A stretch of 64,000 bases of DNA from an uncultured Alphaproteobacteria bacterium. Lineage in GTDB: Bacteria > Pseudomonadota > Alphaproteobacteria > Rs-D84. A model generated the notes under the pieces. That model was not told where the DNA came from. It worked only from the letters and a program-made list of their open reading frames with translations, and ran no database searches. Positions 1-9,972 of this stretch are shown piece by piece. Position numbers and translations under genes: made by a program. The stretch spans positions 189,303 to 253,302 of the forward strand of contig CALXMC010000001.1 in the NCBI GenBank assembly GCA_944389385.1, written 5' to 3'. The stretch's first letter is position 1. Each line of letters opens with the position of its first letter.

Positions 1-593
1 TTTTGCACCCACAGACCAATATTCAACAGGCTTGAAACTTTCGATTTCGCGTTCGCGATCAACAACCAATTTAACCGCAACAGATTGCACACGTCCCGCA
101 CTGCGCCCCAAATTACGCCGCCACAGCAAAGGTGATATTCCAAAACCAATCAAATAATCCAACGCGCGCCGCACCAGATACGCATCAACCAAATTTTTAT
201 CTATCTCGCGCGGATGGGCGATTGCGTCCAGTACAGCGTTTTTAGTAATTTCATGAAATGCAACACGATAAACTTTTTTTCCATCCAACACATGTTTGGA
301 ATTTAATATATCCAGTATATGCCATGCGATAGCCTCGCCCTCGCGATCAGGGTCAGACGCCAGATATACCGCATCGGTTTTTTTTAATTCAGAAATAATT
401 TGTTTAATTTGTTTTTCTTTACCCGGCATGATTTGCCAACGCATTGCAAAATCGTGCGCTGTATCAACACTGCCGTTTTCAGGAACCAAATCGCGTACAT
501 GTCCAACCGACGCAATAACGCGCCACCCGGCCCCCAAGTATTTTTCAATCGTTTTTGCCTTTGACGGAGATTCAACAATAAGCAAATTCATGA
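1..593 (-). CDS. topA: DNA topoisomerase I, N-terminal (Toprim) part; gene continues beyond window start
   Basis: Reverse translation from 593 gives MNLLIVESPSKAKTIEKYLGAGWRVIASVGHVRDL...DPDREGEAIAWH, the classic TopA Toprim N-terminus; runs off the window edge at position 1. Confidence 0.85.
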
Positions 594-595
594 TA

Positions 596-1741
596 TTAAC
601 TTCCTTTGGCAGATAATTGTTGGTCTTTGTGAATATGCGCGTTCTGGCACAGGCCAAATCCAAACATCAGTGATAACAAACTGCTGCCGCCGTATGACAT
701 TAACGGTAACGGCACACCAACTGTTGGCATCAGCCCCAGAACCATGGATATATTTATAAAGTAATAAATAAAAAAGTTCAACATAAAACCAAAACACACC
801 AATTGCCCAAACCGATTTCGGCATGTTTTTGCACATCTGAATAATACCAAAATTATAATTGTGTAAATTAACAGTAATGAAAACGCGCCCATAAATCCGA
901 ATTCTTCACCAAGCATAGTGAATATAAAATCAGTCTGTTTTTCTGGCAAAAATGATTGTTGTGATTGTGTGCCTGCCATATACCCTTTGCCCAACATTCC
1001 ACCCGAACCGAACGCGATTTTTGCTTGGTTTATTTGATAACCTGCCCCGGTTGCGTCATGGTCTGGGTTGATAAACGTAATAATACGGTCTCGTTGATAG
1101 TCATGCAATCCCCCATACCACACCAAAGGCGCCGCCATCAGTCCCAAAATAATTGCGATAATAAACCATTTTTTTTGTGCCCCAACAATATAAAACATTC
1201 CAACTGTAATCATTCCCAATGACAATGCAGTTCCTAAATCTGGTTGGGCAACAATCAGCAAAAAAGGCACCAATAACATTGCCGCAGGTAAAGCATAATT
1301 TTTTAACTGCGATAATTCGACGGAATTCATCCACGCAAAATATCGCGCCAATGCCAACACCAGTGCTATTTTTATCAGTTCAGATGGTTGCACGTGAAAA
1401 AATCCCAGATTTAACCAACGTTGTGCCCCCATACCTGTATGTCCGACAAATGTAACCAAAATAATCAAAATCAGCGCCAACGCGTAAATCCAATATGCTG
1501 ATTTAATCCATGTTTTAATATTTGTGAATGCCGCAAAGAAAAACACGCCAAAACCCAAAATAATTTTTACCAATTGTGAAAAAGCAAACGGCCGCCATGC
1601 GCCACCACCCGCTGAATACAACACAACAATAGATATTGCACAAATTAAACAAATTGGAATAAATAAAGCCCAAGAAAAACGGTTAAGTTTTTCAGGAAAA
1701 CTCATCATATTGGCATTTGAAACGCGTGTTTGACGTGTTGC
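596..1741 (-). CDS. rodA: Rod shape-determining SEDS protein RodA (peptidoglycan glycosyltransferase)
   Basis: Multi-TM SEDS-family sequence (…GSGGMLGKGYMAGTQSQQSFLPEKQTDFIF…); directly downstream of mrdA/mreCD; start chosen at MATRQ just after the mrdA stop, the upstream ORF extension overlaps mrdA. Confidence 0.85.
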   Translation of the reverse strand, partial: ATRQTRVSNANMMSFPEKLNRFSWALFIPICLICAISIVVLYSAGGGAWRPFAFSQLVKIILGFGVFFFAAFTNIKTWIKSAYWIYALALILIILVTFVGHTGMGAQRWLNLGFFHVQPSELIKIALVLALARYFAWMNSVELSQLKNYALPAAMLLVPFLLIVAQPDLGTALSLGMITVGMFYIVGAQKKWFIIAIILGLMAAPLVWYGGLHDYQRDRIITFINPDHDATGAGYQINQAKIAFGSGGMLGKGYMAGTQSQQSFLPEKQTDFIFTMLGEEFGFMGAFSLLLIYTIIILVLFRCAKTCRNRFGQLVCFGFMLNFFIYYFINISMVLGLMPTVGVPLPLMSYGGSSLLSLMFGFGLCQNAHIHKDQQLSAKGS

Positions 1742-1745
1742 CATT

Positions 1746-3521
1746 TTATTTTTTATCCCCCAATAATACCCGCATAACTGTGGCCACAGTACGTCCAGCC
1801 ATACCGCTGCCACCGGAATGTTCGGTTATTGCGCATACAACGTATTTTGGTTTATTTGTTGGTGCGTATCCAACGAATAAACCATGGTTACGCATATTCC
1901 ATTTTAATTGTTCATTGGTTAAAACGCCACTTTCACGTTCGGCGCGTGAAATACTGCGAACTTGGGACGTACCAGTTTTACCCCCCATACGTGCACCATT
2001 AACATTTATTGCACTGCCTGCGGCGGTTCCCCCACGACGTGTAACCTGCTCTAAGCCGCGCAGGACTGCATCCACGTTCTTTTTTTGCAATCCCAAAGTT
2101 TCAAATTTTGGCGTGTCTGCGGTTAAAATTAAACGTGGCACAACAACACGATTTGATGCCGCGCGCGCCATCATGACCGCCAATTGCAAACAATTGGTTA
2201 AAATAAATCCCTGACCAATCCCAGATATAATTGTATCGCCGTGCATCCATCCATAACCAATGGCCTTTTCTTTCCAATATCTGTCTGGGATTATTCCCGG
2301 CATTTCCCGGGATAATATGCCATCCATATATTTTTGTGACAATCCCAGTTTAATTGCCATTTCTTTGATACAATCTATGCCGATACGCAATGCCAGTTGG
2401 TAAAAATAAATATCACAAGAATGTTTTAACGCACCGGCCAAATCCACCCATCCGTGTCCATGGTCTTCCCAACAATGGTAACGTCTGTCGCCATAATCCC
2501 AATATCCAGGACAGTGAATTTTTTCATTCGGTGTAATTGCCCCAGATTCCAACGCAGCCAACGCAACAACAATTTTGAATGTGGACCCAGGTGGATATAA
2601 TCCTTCGATTGTTTTATTCATAAAAGGTTTCATATAATCATTACGTAACGAAGCAATATATTCTTCACCATCATCCGTTCCAAACATATTTGCATCGAAA
2701 CTGGGTGCAGAAACCATCGCCAAAATATCACCATTTTCGATATCCAATGCAACCCCACATCCTGCGCGATGTTGCATCAAAGCATCATACATGGCCCTTT
2801 GAGCGGCATCATTTATGGTTGTTTGTAAATCCACCCCGGCAATTGCCGGCTTAAATTGTGTTTTATCTTCGCCTGTGATACGACCAACAGCATTTGTAAT
2901 CATAACTGTTTGACCGGGGATTCCGGCCAGTTGCTCGTTAAATCTGCGTTCCAGACCGGTAATACCCGTGGTAAAAAAAGGTGTATTTGCGACCGGTGTA
3001 TCTGGGTCGCCAACATATCCGAAAATCTGTGCGCCAGCCGGCCCCATTTCGTATTTGCGTGCATAACCATTACGAACATGTAACCCAGGTATATTTTTAG
3101 CCTGTAATTTCGCTAATTCATTCCAATCTGAATTTTCGCTGACCAAAATAGGTTGGAATGGTTGTTGCTTTTTTATACGTGCATAGATACGATCGATACG
3201 TTTTTTATTTAATTTTAATTCAGATGCGACAACAGATATAACATCATCTATATTTTTAACTTCTTCTGGGATTAAATAAATTCTGTATATTTGTGTATCG
3301 CGCGATATAGGTGTTCCGTTTTGGGATAAAATCCGTCCACGTTGCGGCATGTTAATTTGAATACGAAAAGAATTATTTTGGCTTTTTTTTGTATATTCAT
3401 GATAGTTAAATAATTGCATTTGCAACATACGTAACACCAATGCAGACGTCAGCACAGCCCCCGCCGTTAAAAACAGCGCGCTGCGTCGATCAAATGTGCG
3501 TGCAACTTCTTTATCTATCAT
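1746..3521 (-). CDS. mrdA: Penicillin-binding protein 2 (elongasome transpeptidase)
   Basis: About 590 aa PBP2-like (transpeptidase SxxK and KTG motifs present: STFK, KTGT); located between mreD and rodA; start at MIDKEVARTF. Confidence 0.88.
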   Translation of the reverse strand: MIDKEVARTFDRRSALFLTAGAVLTSALVLRMLQMQLFNYHEYTKKSQNNSFRIQINMPQRGRILSQNGTPISRDTQIYRIYLIPEEVKNIDDVISVVASELKLNKKRIDRIYARIKKQQPFQPILVSENSDWNELAKLQAKNIPGLHVRNGYARKYEMGPAGAQIFGYVGDPDTPVANTPFFTTGITGLERRFNEQLAGIPGQTVMITNAVGRITGEDKTQFKPAIAGVDLQTTINDAAQRAMYDALMQHRAGCGVALDIENGDILAMVSAPSFDANMFGTDDGEEYIASLRNDYMKPFMNKTIEGLYPPGSTFKIVVALAALESGAITPNEKIHCPGYWDYGDRRYHCWEDHGHGWVDLAGALKHSCDIYFYQLALRIGIDCIKEMAIKLGLSQKYMDGILSREMPGIIPDRYWKEKAIGYGWMHGDTIISGIGQGFILTNCLQLAVMMARAASNRVVVPRLILTADTPKFETLGLQKKNVDAVLRGLEQVTRRGGTAAGSAINVNGARMGGKTGTSQVRSISRAERESGVLTNEQLKWNMRNHGLFVGYAPTNKPKYVVCAITEHSGGSGMAGRTVATVMRVLLGDKK

Positions 3522-3972
3522 AATATACCTGTTTAATAACGGCTGTAATCGGTACGTACAGCGCGGATGTCCATGCAAATAACCATGTGGCGCGCATTAA
3601 ATTTGAAACACTGAACCCAACAAGAGTCAAAATCAGTAACGCTGCGCCAAAAAACATCATAAATATATACAAAGCATTTTTTTCATTATGCGTCAAATCA
3701 AAAAAGTTTTGAAATCCGTACGCAGCATAAAATATGCAATACAGCGCGGTCCAATAAACCAATGTATTTAACTTGTAATCTGTTAAAAAACAAAACAAAA
3801 TGGCAAACGGCACAAACCATGGTACAGGTCTTACAAACGAACAATAAAATATTGGGATAATCGCCAATATTCCGCCCGGGTTCCAAAAACTTGCAGACAA
3901 CCGCCACAAAATAATCACTGTGACAAAAGGGAAAATATTACGTAAAAATTTTATAATTTTATCCCGTTTCAT
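3511..3972 (-). CDS. mreD: Rod shape-determining protein MreD (small polytopic membrane protein)
   Basis: 153 aa hydrophobic protein located between mreC and mrdA; call is positional plus size and hydropathy. Confidence 0.6.
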   Translation of the reverse strand: MKRDKIIKFLRNIFPFVTVIILWRLSASFWNPGGILAIIPIFYCSFVRPVPWFVPFAILFCFLTDYKLNTLVYWTALYCIFYAAYGFQNFFDLTHNEKNALYIFMMFFGAALLILTLVGFSVSNLMRATWLFAWTSALYVPITAVIKQVYYDR

Positions 3973-4790
3973 TTATATTCTTTTGTCCCATCAAAATCCA
4001 ATACGATAACACGTGACAAAGTATTTGGTGTTACTATACGAACATCTGTATTTTCAATAATTTCACCAACACTGATGCCGTTTGGTAAAATTCCACTGAT
4101 ATTACTTGTAACCAATTTCAGACCAGGCGTTGGTTGAAAACCAGGGTCACTGAATAAACCAACTGTCGGTGTATTTGAACCATTACCCTGTAAAAAACCA
4201 TATACGTCCGTCCCAGCAATACGAACAGCGATATTTGTATTTGTATCAGTCAGTGCCCGCACACGTGAAAACCGTGATGCAACATCGAATATTATACCAA
4301 CCAAATGCCCATCAGTTGAAACAACGACCATACCCTTTTTTAATCCGTGCTGCGCACCTTTGTTGATAAAAAAAGTACTGTGATGAAATGCGGTATTATC
4401 GTATGTAACATCTGCGACAATTGCGCCATTTTGATAAGATTGAACAATGTTCAATTCCTGGGTTAATTTTTGATTTTCTGCAATCGCCACATCGCAAGCG
4501 TTTTTGTTACGCAAAGCCGCATCCAATTGTGCGCGCAGTTCTTCATTTTCAGTCCTTAAATTTGCCAATTCGCGCACATTTTCAATACCGTTACCAATGG
4601 CGCGTACAGGCCATGTTATAACATCACCAACCCAATTTGCGACCGGTAAAACAATATGCGCCAACCCATTCATCAACGCATAGTCAGGCTTTGCAATCAT
4701 TATATATATAAACAACACCGGCAGCACCGCCGCCGCGGCGGCAGATTTTATAATAGTTTTTAATCTGGCAGATGTTTTATTTTGGTTCAT
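3969..4790 (-). CDS. mreC: Rod shape-determining protein MreC
   Basis: 273 aa with N-terminal TM, coiled-coil (RELANLRTENEELRAQLDAALR) and C-terminal beta domain typical of MreC; overlaps mreD by 4 nt. Confidence 0.8.
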   Translation of the reverse strand: MNQNKTSARLKTIIKSAAAAAVLPVLFIYIMIAKPDYALMNGLAHIVLPVANWVGDVITWPVRAIGNGIENVRELANLRTENEELRAQLDAALRNKNACDVAIAENQKLTQELNIVQSYQNGAIVADVTYDNTAFHHSTFFINKGAQHGLKKGMVVVSTDGHLVGIIFDVASRFSRVRALTDTNTNIAVRIAGTDVYGFLQGNGSNTPTVGLFSDPGFQPTPGLKLVTSNISGILPNGISVGEIIENTDVRIVTPNTLSRVIVLDFDGTKEYK

Positions 4791-4865
4791 GGCGTGGTAA
4801 GTTTAGACGTTAAAATCCAGATATTCAATAAAAACTTGATTTTTCATTTAATTATGCCAAAATAA

Positions 4866-4911
4866 CACCTGTGTTAAACGCGCCGAAATGGCACAGGCAT
4901 GCCATCAGGTG
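4866..4911 (+). promoter_or_regulatory. Structured leader upstream of rpmI-rplT (candidate L20 autoregulatory RNA)
   Basis: Nested inverted repeats CACCTGTG…CACAGG, GGCATGCC, CAGGTG immediately upstream of the rpmI SD. Confidence 0.3.
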
Positions 4912-4930
4912 TAATAAAAAAGGATATAAA

Positions 4931-5134
4931 ATGCCAAAATTAAAAACCAAGTCGTACTTGAAAAAGCGCGCATCTATGACTGCGACCGGTAAAATCCGCG
5001 TTGCCAGAAATGCCCACAAAAAACTGTTGCGTAATAAATCCAAGCGTGCAAACAAGGCTGGATCAAAACCACAGTATTTGAACGATAACATGAAGGGACA
5101 GGCGAAAATCTTGGCCCCGTATGGTTTGAAATAA
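4931..5134 (+). CDS. rpmI: 50S ribosomal protein L35
   Basis: MPKLKTKSYLKKRASMTATGKIRVARNAHKKLLRNKSK… typical L35; ATG at 4931 with AAAAGGA SD. Confidence 0.9.
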   Translation: MPKLKTKSYLKKRASMTATGKIRVARNAHKKLLRNKSKRANKAGSKPQYLNDNMKGQAKILAPYGLK

Positions 5135-5150
5135 TTAAAGGGGGCAAGTT

Positions 5151-5519
5151 ATGGCAAGGGTTAAACGCGGTACAACCGTAAAACAAAAACACAATAAAAT
5201 ATTGGCACGTGCCAAGGGTTACCTGGGCCGTCATCATTCGACATATCGTGCCGCCCGTGAAAAAACTGAAAAAGCGGGTCAGTACGCATATCGCGATCGT
5301 CGTGTGAAAAAACGCGAATTTCGTGGTTTGTGGATTGTGCGTATCAACGCCGCAGCGCGTGCAAATGGTATGACATACAGCCAATTCATGAATGGCCTGA
5401 AACGGGCCGGTGTTGCATTGGATCGCAAAGTATTGGCCGAAATGGCGTATGCAGGCGATGCAAACTTTGCAAAATTGGTTGAAACAGCAAAACGATTTAC
5501 TGCCGCGGATGCTAAATAA
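5151..5519 (+). CDS. rplT: 50S ribosomal protein L20
   Basis: [24 protein letters not shown]…[29 protein letters not shown]… canonical L20. Confidence 0.95.
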   Translation: MARVKRGTTVKQKHNKILARAKGYLGRHHSTYRAAREKTEKAGQYAYRDRRVKKREFRGLWIVRINAAARANGMTYSQFMNGLKRAGVALDRKVLAEMAYAGDANFAKLVETAKRFTAADAK

Positions 5520-5551
5520 GCCTTGGCGGTTGGTACTTTATTTTGTATTAT

Positions 5552-5583
5552 AAAGCCGTCAAACGACGGCTTTATGTTTTTAT
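5552..5583 (+). terminator. Hairpin plus T-tract between rplT and pheS (terminator or attenuator)
   Basis: AAAGCCGTCAAACGACGGCTTT followed by ATGTTTTT. Confidence 0.45.
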
Positions 5584-5599
5584 AACATGGGGTAATGTT

Positions 5600-6547
5600 A
5601 TGCAGAATCAGATAAAAAACGTAAAAACATTGGAAGAATTGCAGTCTTTATACACTGCAACTTTCGGAAAAAATGGCACTATGACGGCCAAATTAAAAAA
5701 TATGAAAAATTTGGATAATGATGCACGTGCCGAATTAAATCGTGAAAACGCTGAATTGCGCGAATTATTCAAATCGCGCCAGACGGAAATTGAAAATGCG
5801 GTTATGATGGCGGCATTGGAATCCCAGAAATTGGACGCGTCGTTAAATCCATTGCCTGAAAATCGTGGCACTTTGCACCCATTAACAACTGCGCTGGCGG
5901 ATATATCTTCTATCCTTGAATCTTTCGGATACGAAATGTGGGTCGGCCCAGAAATCGAAGATGATTGGCATAACTTTACGGCATTAAATACCCCGGAATA
6001 TCATCCTGCCCGTGATATGCAAGACTCGTTTTTCTTGGAAAACGGCAACGTTATGCGTACGCAAACATCCGCCATTCAAATCCGCAGTATGGAACGCGTT
6101 GGCGCACCAATAAAAATGTTTGGCATTGGTGCCACATATCGCAAAGAAATGGATGCGACACACGGCCCAATGTTTCATCAAATCGAAGGTTTATACATAG
6201 ATAAAAACATCACTATGTCTGATTTGTTTGCCGATGTGCGCGAATTTTTGAAACGATTTTTTGAAATGGATGATATTAAATTACGTATTCGGCCGTCTTA
6301 TTTCCCATTTACTGAACCCAGTATAGAAATCGATATGATGTGGCGTGATAATAAATGGTTGGAAATCATGGGTGCAGGTATGGTACATCCAAATGTGTTG
6401 CGTAATTGTGGTATAAATCCAGATGAGTATCAGGGTTTTGCTTTTGGTTTTGGTTTGGACAGACTTGCGATGTTAAAGTACGGCCTGAACGACATACGTC
6501 AATTGTATGATGGTGATGTGCGCTGGCTGCAAAAAACAGGTTTTTAA
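5600..6547 (+). CDS. pheS: Phenylalanine--tRNA ligase alpha subunit
   Basis: Class II aaRS motifs (…FPFTEPSIEIDMMW…GFAFGFGLDRLAMLKYG…); start at MQNQIKN; upstream ORF extension rejected. Confidence 0.93.
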   Translation: MQNQIKNVKTLEELQSLYTATFGKNGTMTAKLKNMKNLDNDARAELNRENAELRELFKSRQTEIENAVMMAALESQKLDASLNPLPENRGTLHPLTTALADISSILESFGYEMWVGPEIEDDWHNFTALNTPEYHPARDMQDSFFLENGNVMRTQTSAIQIRSMERVGAPIKMFGIGATYRKEMDATHGPMFHQIEGLYIDKNITMSDLFADVREFLKRFFEMDDIKLRIRPSYFPFTEPSIEIDMMWRDNKWLEIMGAGMVHPNVLRNCGINPDEYQGFAFGFGLDRLAMLKYGLNDIRQLYDGDVRWLQKTGF

Positions 6548-6562
6548 TTACGGGGGCGAAAA

Positions 6563-8866
6563 ATGAAATGGACTTATGATTGGTTAAAAGATTATCTGGA
6601 AACAGACATGTCGGCCCAGCAAATTGCCGATACATTAACCCGTACTGGATTGGAAGTCGAAGATTTATCCGTGCCAACTGCACCAATTGCGGCAAAAATC
6701 GTTGAATGTACACCAATGGACGGCAGTGACCATCTGCATATTTTACAGGTCGATGATGGTTCGGGTACATTGCGCCAGGTTGTCTGTGGCGCGCCAAACG
6801 CGCGTGTTGGGTTGGTGTCTGCGTTGGCTTTACCGGGCTGTATAATTGACGGGCATGAAATTCACGCCGGCAAATTGCGTGGCGTTATGTCAAACGGCAT
6901 GATGTGCAGCGCGCGTGAATTGGGCATCGGCGACGACCACAGCGGAATTATTGAATTGGACGCGAATACAAAAATCGGTTCGCCTGTATTGAATATGGAA
7001 ACGGTTTTTGATGCAGGAATAACGCCAAATCGGCCCGATTATTTGGCGGTGCGCGGGATTGCGCGTGACCTGGCGGCATGTGGGGCCGGCAAATACATTG
7101 CGCCGAATGATACCGAATTAAAACCGGTAAAATCGGCACGCAGTGTAAATATCAAAACGGATAAATGCCCCGTGTATCAGTTCTGTGAAATTCATGGAAT
7201 CACCGTTTCAGACAGCACACCGAAAATAAAATCGCGTCTGGGGGCAATTGGGATAAATCCGAAAAACGCGCCGGTCGATACAACAAATTATATTTGTTAT
7301 GACATGGGGCAGCCGATGCACTGTTTTGATGCAGACGAAATCCATGGCGATATAACTGTACGCATGGCGACATCTGGTGAAAAATTTACAGACTTGTTCG
7401 GTGCCGAACATACTTTGTGTGAAACCGATATGGTAATTGCCGACGATGCAGGTATATTGGCATTGGCGGGTGTGGTTGGTGGCGCACGCGGTATGACAAC
7501 CGAAAAAACAAAAAATATTATCTTGGAAAGTGCTTATTTTAACCCGGTATCAGTTCGTAAAACCGCAAAACGTTTGGGAATATTAACTGATTCTTCATAT
7601 CGTTATGAACGTGGTATTGACCCGACTATAACCGGGATTGCGCTGGCGCGCGCGGCGGATATTATAATGGATGCCTGTGGTGGCGAAATTGTTGGAACTG
7701 GATTGGGTGGCGAATTGCCAACTGAAAACCGCAGCATTGAATACACGCCTGATTTGTTCAAAATAAAAACAGGTGTTGATATGTCGGCTGAAACCCAACG
7801 TGAAATTTTGGAAAATTTGGGATTTGTTGTCACAACACATGGCGATGTGTGGAAAATAACACCCCGCCCTGCCCGCGTGGATGTTGTGATTGCAGAAAAT
7901 ATAATTTCCGAACTTATTCGTATTTACGGATATGATAACATTGCAAATACAGCCAAACACACACCATCGGATTCTGCGCCGTATAATGATTATTTTATGC
8001 GCTTTAAGCATGAATTGGCATCGCGTGGCTTGAACGAGGCAAAATCATTCGGGTTCGGAAATTCAGAAATTGAACAAATAGTGTCTGATAAACCAATTGT
8101 TCGTATATCAAACCCAATAACAAAAGATATGGATACTGCGCGTAATAATTTGTTGGGCAATATGTTGTTATTCGCGCGTAACAATGAAAAGCGCGGATAC
8201 CCAGATTTGAATTTGTTTGAATTGGGAACTGTGTTTGATGGGGATACGCCAAACGCGCAACATACACAAATTTGTATTGTTCGCACAGGCGATATTGCGC
8301 CACGCCATTGGACGCATCGTAATCGCGCCACAGACATTTATGATGTCAAAGCGGACTTGATTGCATTGCTGCATGGACAAAACTTTACAATTGCATCGGA
8401 TAACCCGCCACGTTGGGCGCATCCGTTCAGATATGGCGCGGTGATGCAGGGCAAAAAAAAGATTGCTGAATTTGGACAGTTACATCCGTCTGTTGCACGT
8501 GCGTTAAAGATAAAAACAAATGTTAATATCGCGATAGTTGATGATGTTGAAAACTTGCCGGGAATTCGCAAAGTTCATGAACCGAAATTGTCTGAATTTC
8601 AACCGATAACGCGTGATTTTGCGTTCGTTGTGGATTCGGCAACGCCGGCTGAAAAATTAACATCTGTCGCGCGATGTGCTGATTCGCGTATAACAGATGT
8701 TGTTGTATTTGACGCATTTGATTTGACGGATGGAAAAAAATCGATTGCATTTACTGTAACGATTACACCAACCGACAAAATGTCTGACACAGATTTGCAA
8801 AAATTACAAACAGATGTCATTGAAAATGTAGAAAAGAAATGTAACGCAAAAATTCGTGATAAATAA
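6563..8866 (+). CDS. pheT: Phenylalanine--tRNA ligase beta subunit
   Basis: 767 aa; N-terminal tRNA-binding domain (VVCGAPNARVGLV), B3/4 and B5 regions, FDX-ACB C-terminus; immediately follows pheS. Confidence 0.93.
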   Translation: MKWTYDWLKDYLETDMSAQQIADTLTRTGLEVEDLSVPTAPIAAKIVECTPMDGSDHLHILQVDDGSGTLRQVVCGAPNARVGLVSALALPGCIIDGHEIHAGKLRGVMSNGMMCSARELGIGDDHSGIIELDANTKIGSPVLNMETVFDAGITPNRPDYLAVRGIARDLAACGAGKYIAPNDTELKPVKSARSVNIKTDKCPVYQFCEIHGITVSDSTPKIKSRLGAIGINPKNAPVDTTNYICYDMGQPMHCFDADEIHGDITVRMATSGEKFTDLFGAEHTLCETDMVIADDAGILALAGVVGGARGMTTEKTKNIILESAYFNPVSVRKTAKRLGILTDSSYRYERGIDPTITGIALARAADIIMDACGGEIVGTGLGGELPTENRSIEYTPDLFKIKTGVDMSAETQREILENLGFVVTTHGDVWKITPRPARVDVVIAENIISELIRIYGYDNIANTAKHTPSDSAPYNDYFMRFKHELASRGLNEAKSFGFGNSEIEQIVSDKPIVRISNPITKDMDTARNNLLGNMLLFARNNEKRGYPDLNLFELGTVFDGDTPNAQHTQICIVRTGDIAPRHWTHRNRATDIYDVKADLIALLHGQNFTIASDNPPRWAHPFRYGAVMQGKKKIAEFGQLHPSVARALKIKTNVNIAIVDDVENLPGIRKVHEPKLSEFQPITRDFAFVVDSATPAEKLTSVARCADSRITDVVVFDAFDLTDGKKSIAFTVTITPTDKMSDTDLQKLQTDVIENVEKKCNAKIRDK

Positions 8867-8870
8867 ACAC

Positions 8871-8901
8871 AAAAAAACACCGGCATTTGCCGGTGTTTTT
8901 T
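8871..8901. terminator. Bidirectional intrinsic terminator, member of the CACCGGCAAATGCCGGTG hairpin family
   Basis: AAAAAAACACCGGCATTTGCCGGTGTTTTTT between convergent pheT and nth. Confidence 0.7.
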
Positions 8902-8910
8902 AATGTTTTT

Positions 8911-9573
8911 TTATACTGTTTTATCCGGCGCATTACACCAACGTGCAACCGGACATTCGCCGCATTTTGGTCGCAGTGCACGACAAATATAACGGCCATG
9001 TAAAACCATTACATGATTTACAATTGGATGATATTTTTTTGGAATGATTTTTAATAATTGTTCCTCGACTTTTTCTGGGGTATTTGCATCGGCCCCAACC
9101 CAAGCATACCGATGTGCATTGCGGAAAACGTGAGTATCAACACCTATGTTTGGCGCACCCCATAAAACATTCATTATAACATTTGCGGTTTTTTGCCCGA
9201 TGCCCGGCAATTTCATCAAAGCATCTCGATTATGATATTTTTTTGGAAATTTATAATTATCATCCGCACCATTTGTATCATTCATTAACGCCGCCGCCAA
9301 CCCCATGATACTTTTTGCCTTGTTGTTAAAGAAAGACAGTACACGAATGTGTCGCTTTAATCCATCTTCGCCCAATGCAATCATTTTAGCGGGCGACGGG
9401 GCGACGCGGAATAATTCGGGTGTGACCTCGTTTACTTTTTTATCGGTTGCCTGGGCGGATAAAATAACCGCCACAGCAAATGTGAATTCATTCACAGAAT
9501 ACAACTCCGACCGGATTGACATATCAACCACGGTCGGGACATGTGTGAAATAAATATCGGGCGTCAAAGTCAT
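8911..9573 (-). CDS. nth: Endonuclease III (DNA glycosylase/AP lyase, 4Fe-4S)
   Basis: HhH-GPD motif (LMKLPGIGQKTANVIMNVLWG) and C-terminal CX6CX2CX5C cluster; start at MTLTPDIYF (9573), long upstream extension rejected. Confidence 0.88.
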   Translation of the reverse strand: MTLTPDIYFTHVPTVVDMSIRSELYSVNEFTFAVAVILSAQATDKKVNEVTPELFRVAPSPAKMIALGEDGLKRHIRVLSFFNNKAKSIMGLAAALMNDTNGADDNYKFPKKYHNRDALMKLPGIGQKTANVIMNVLWGAPNIGVDTHVFRNAHRYAWVGADANTPEKVEEQLLKIIPKKYHPIVNHVMVLHGRYICRALRPKCGECPVARWCNAPDKTV

Positions 9574-9574
9574 T

Positions 9575-9958
9575 TTAATCCGCAAAAACAAACCCAGCCA
9601 AACGCCCTTCGCACAAAGTCTGGCAATTTGCCGAACATTCGTTACGAACTGCATCTTCACTGTCACCACTGATTTCGACGGTATCAACCCATACATTTTC
9701 ATGGGTTGCGTCGGACGCAAAGCATAAACAGCGTGATGTATATTGTTTTGATTCCTGGCGTTCGTCACGAACCACCTGGCCATCGACGGTTGCGAAACTG
9801 GCCGAATAACTTTCAGATACACCAATACCCGCACATTGTGATGTTATTACAACGTCGCGTTCTGCGGCATCCAATGTACCGACATAGAACCCAACCATGA
9901 ACACCAACAACATACCGATAACGCCTGCCATCCAATGCAACGAACTGTGTATATGCAT
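9575..9958 (-). CDS. Hypothetical small membrane-anchored Cys-rich protein (127 aa)
   Basis: Strong SD (AAGGAGG, 7 nt before ATG); N-terminal TM helix then a domain with 7 Cys (…RCLCF…ECSANCQTLCEG…); packed between ileS stop and nth start. Confidence 0.55.
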   Translation of the reverse strand: MHIHSSLHWMAGVIGMLLVFMVGFYVGTLDAAERDVVITSQCAGIGVSESYSASFATVDGQVVRDERQESKQYTSRCLCFASDATHENVWVDTVEISGDSEDAVRNECSANCQTLCEGRLAGFVFAD

Positions 9959-9972
9959 AATATCCTCCTTTT

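Noticed and set aside
596-1813. N-terminal extensions of rodA, mrdA (to 3578), pheS (5543), nth (9834), ABC ATPase (27410), TPR protein (34366)
   Set aside because: The extensions overlap the upstream gene or lack an RBS, and internal Met starts give proteins of canonical length with good SD, so shorter starts were chosen.
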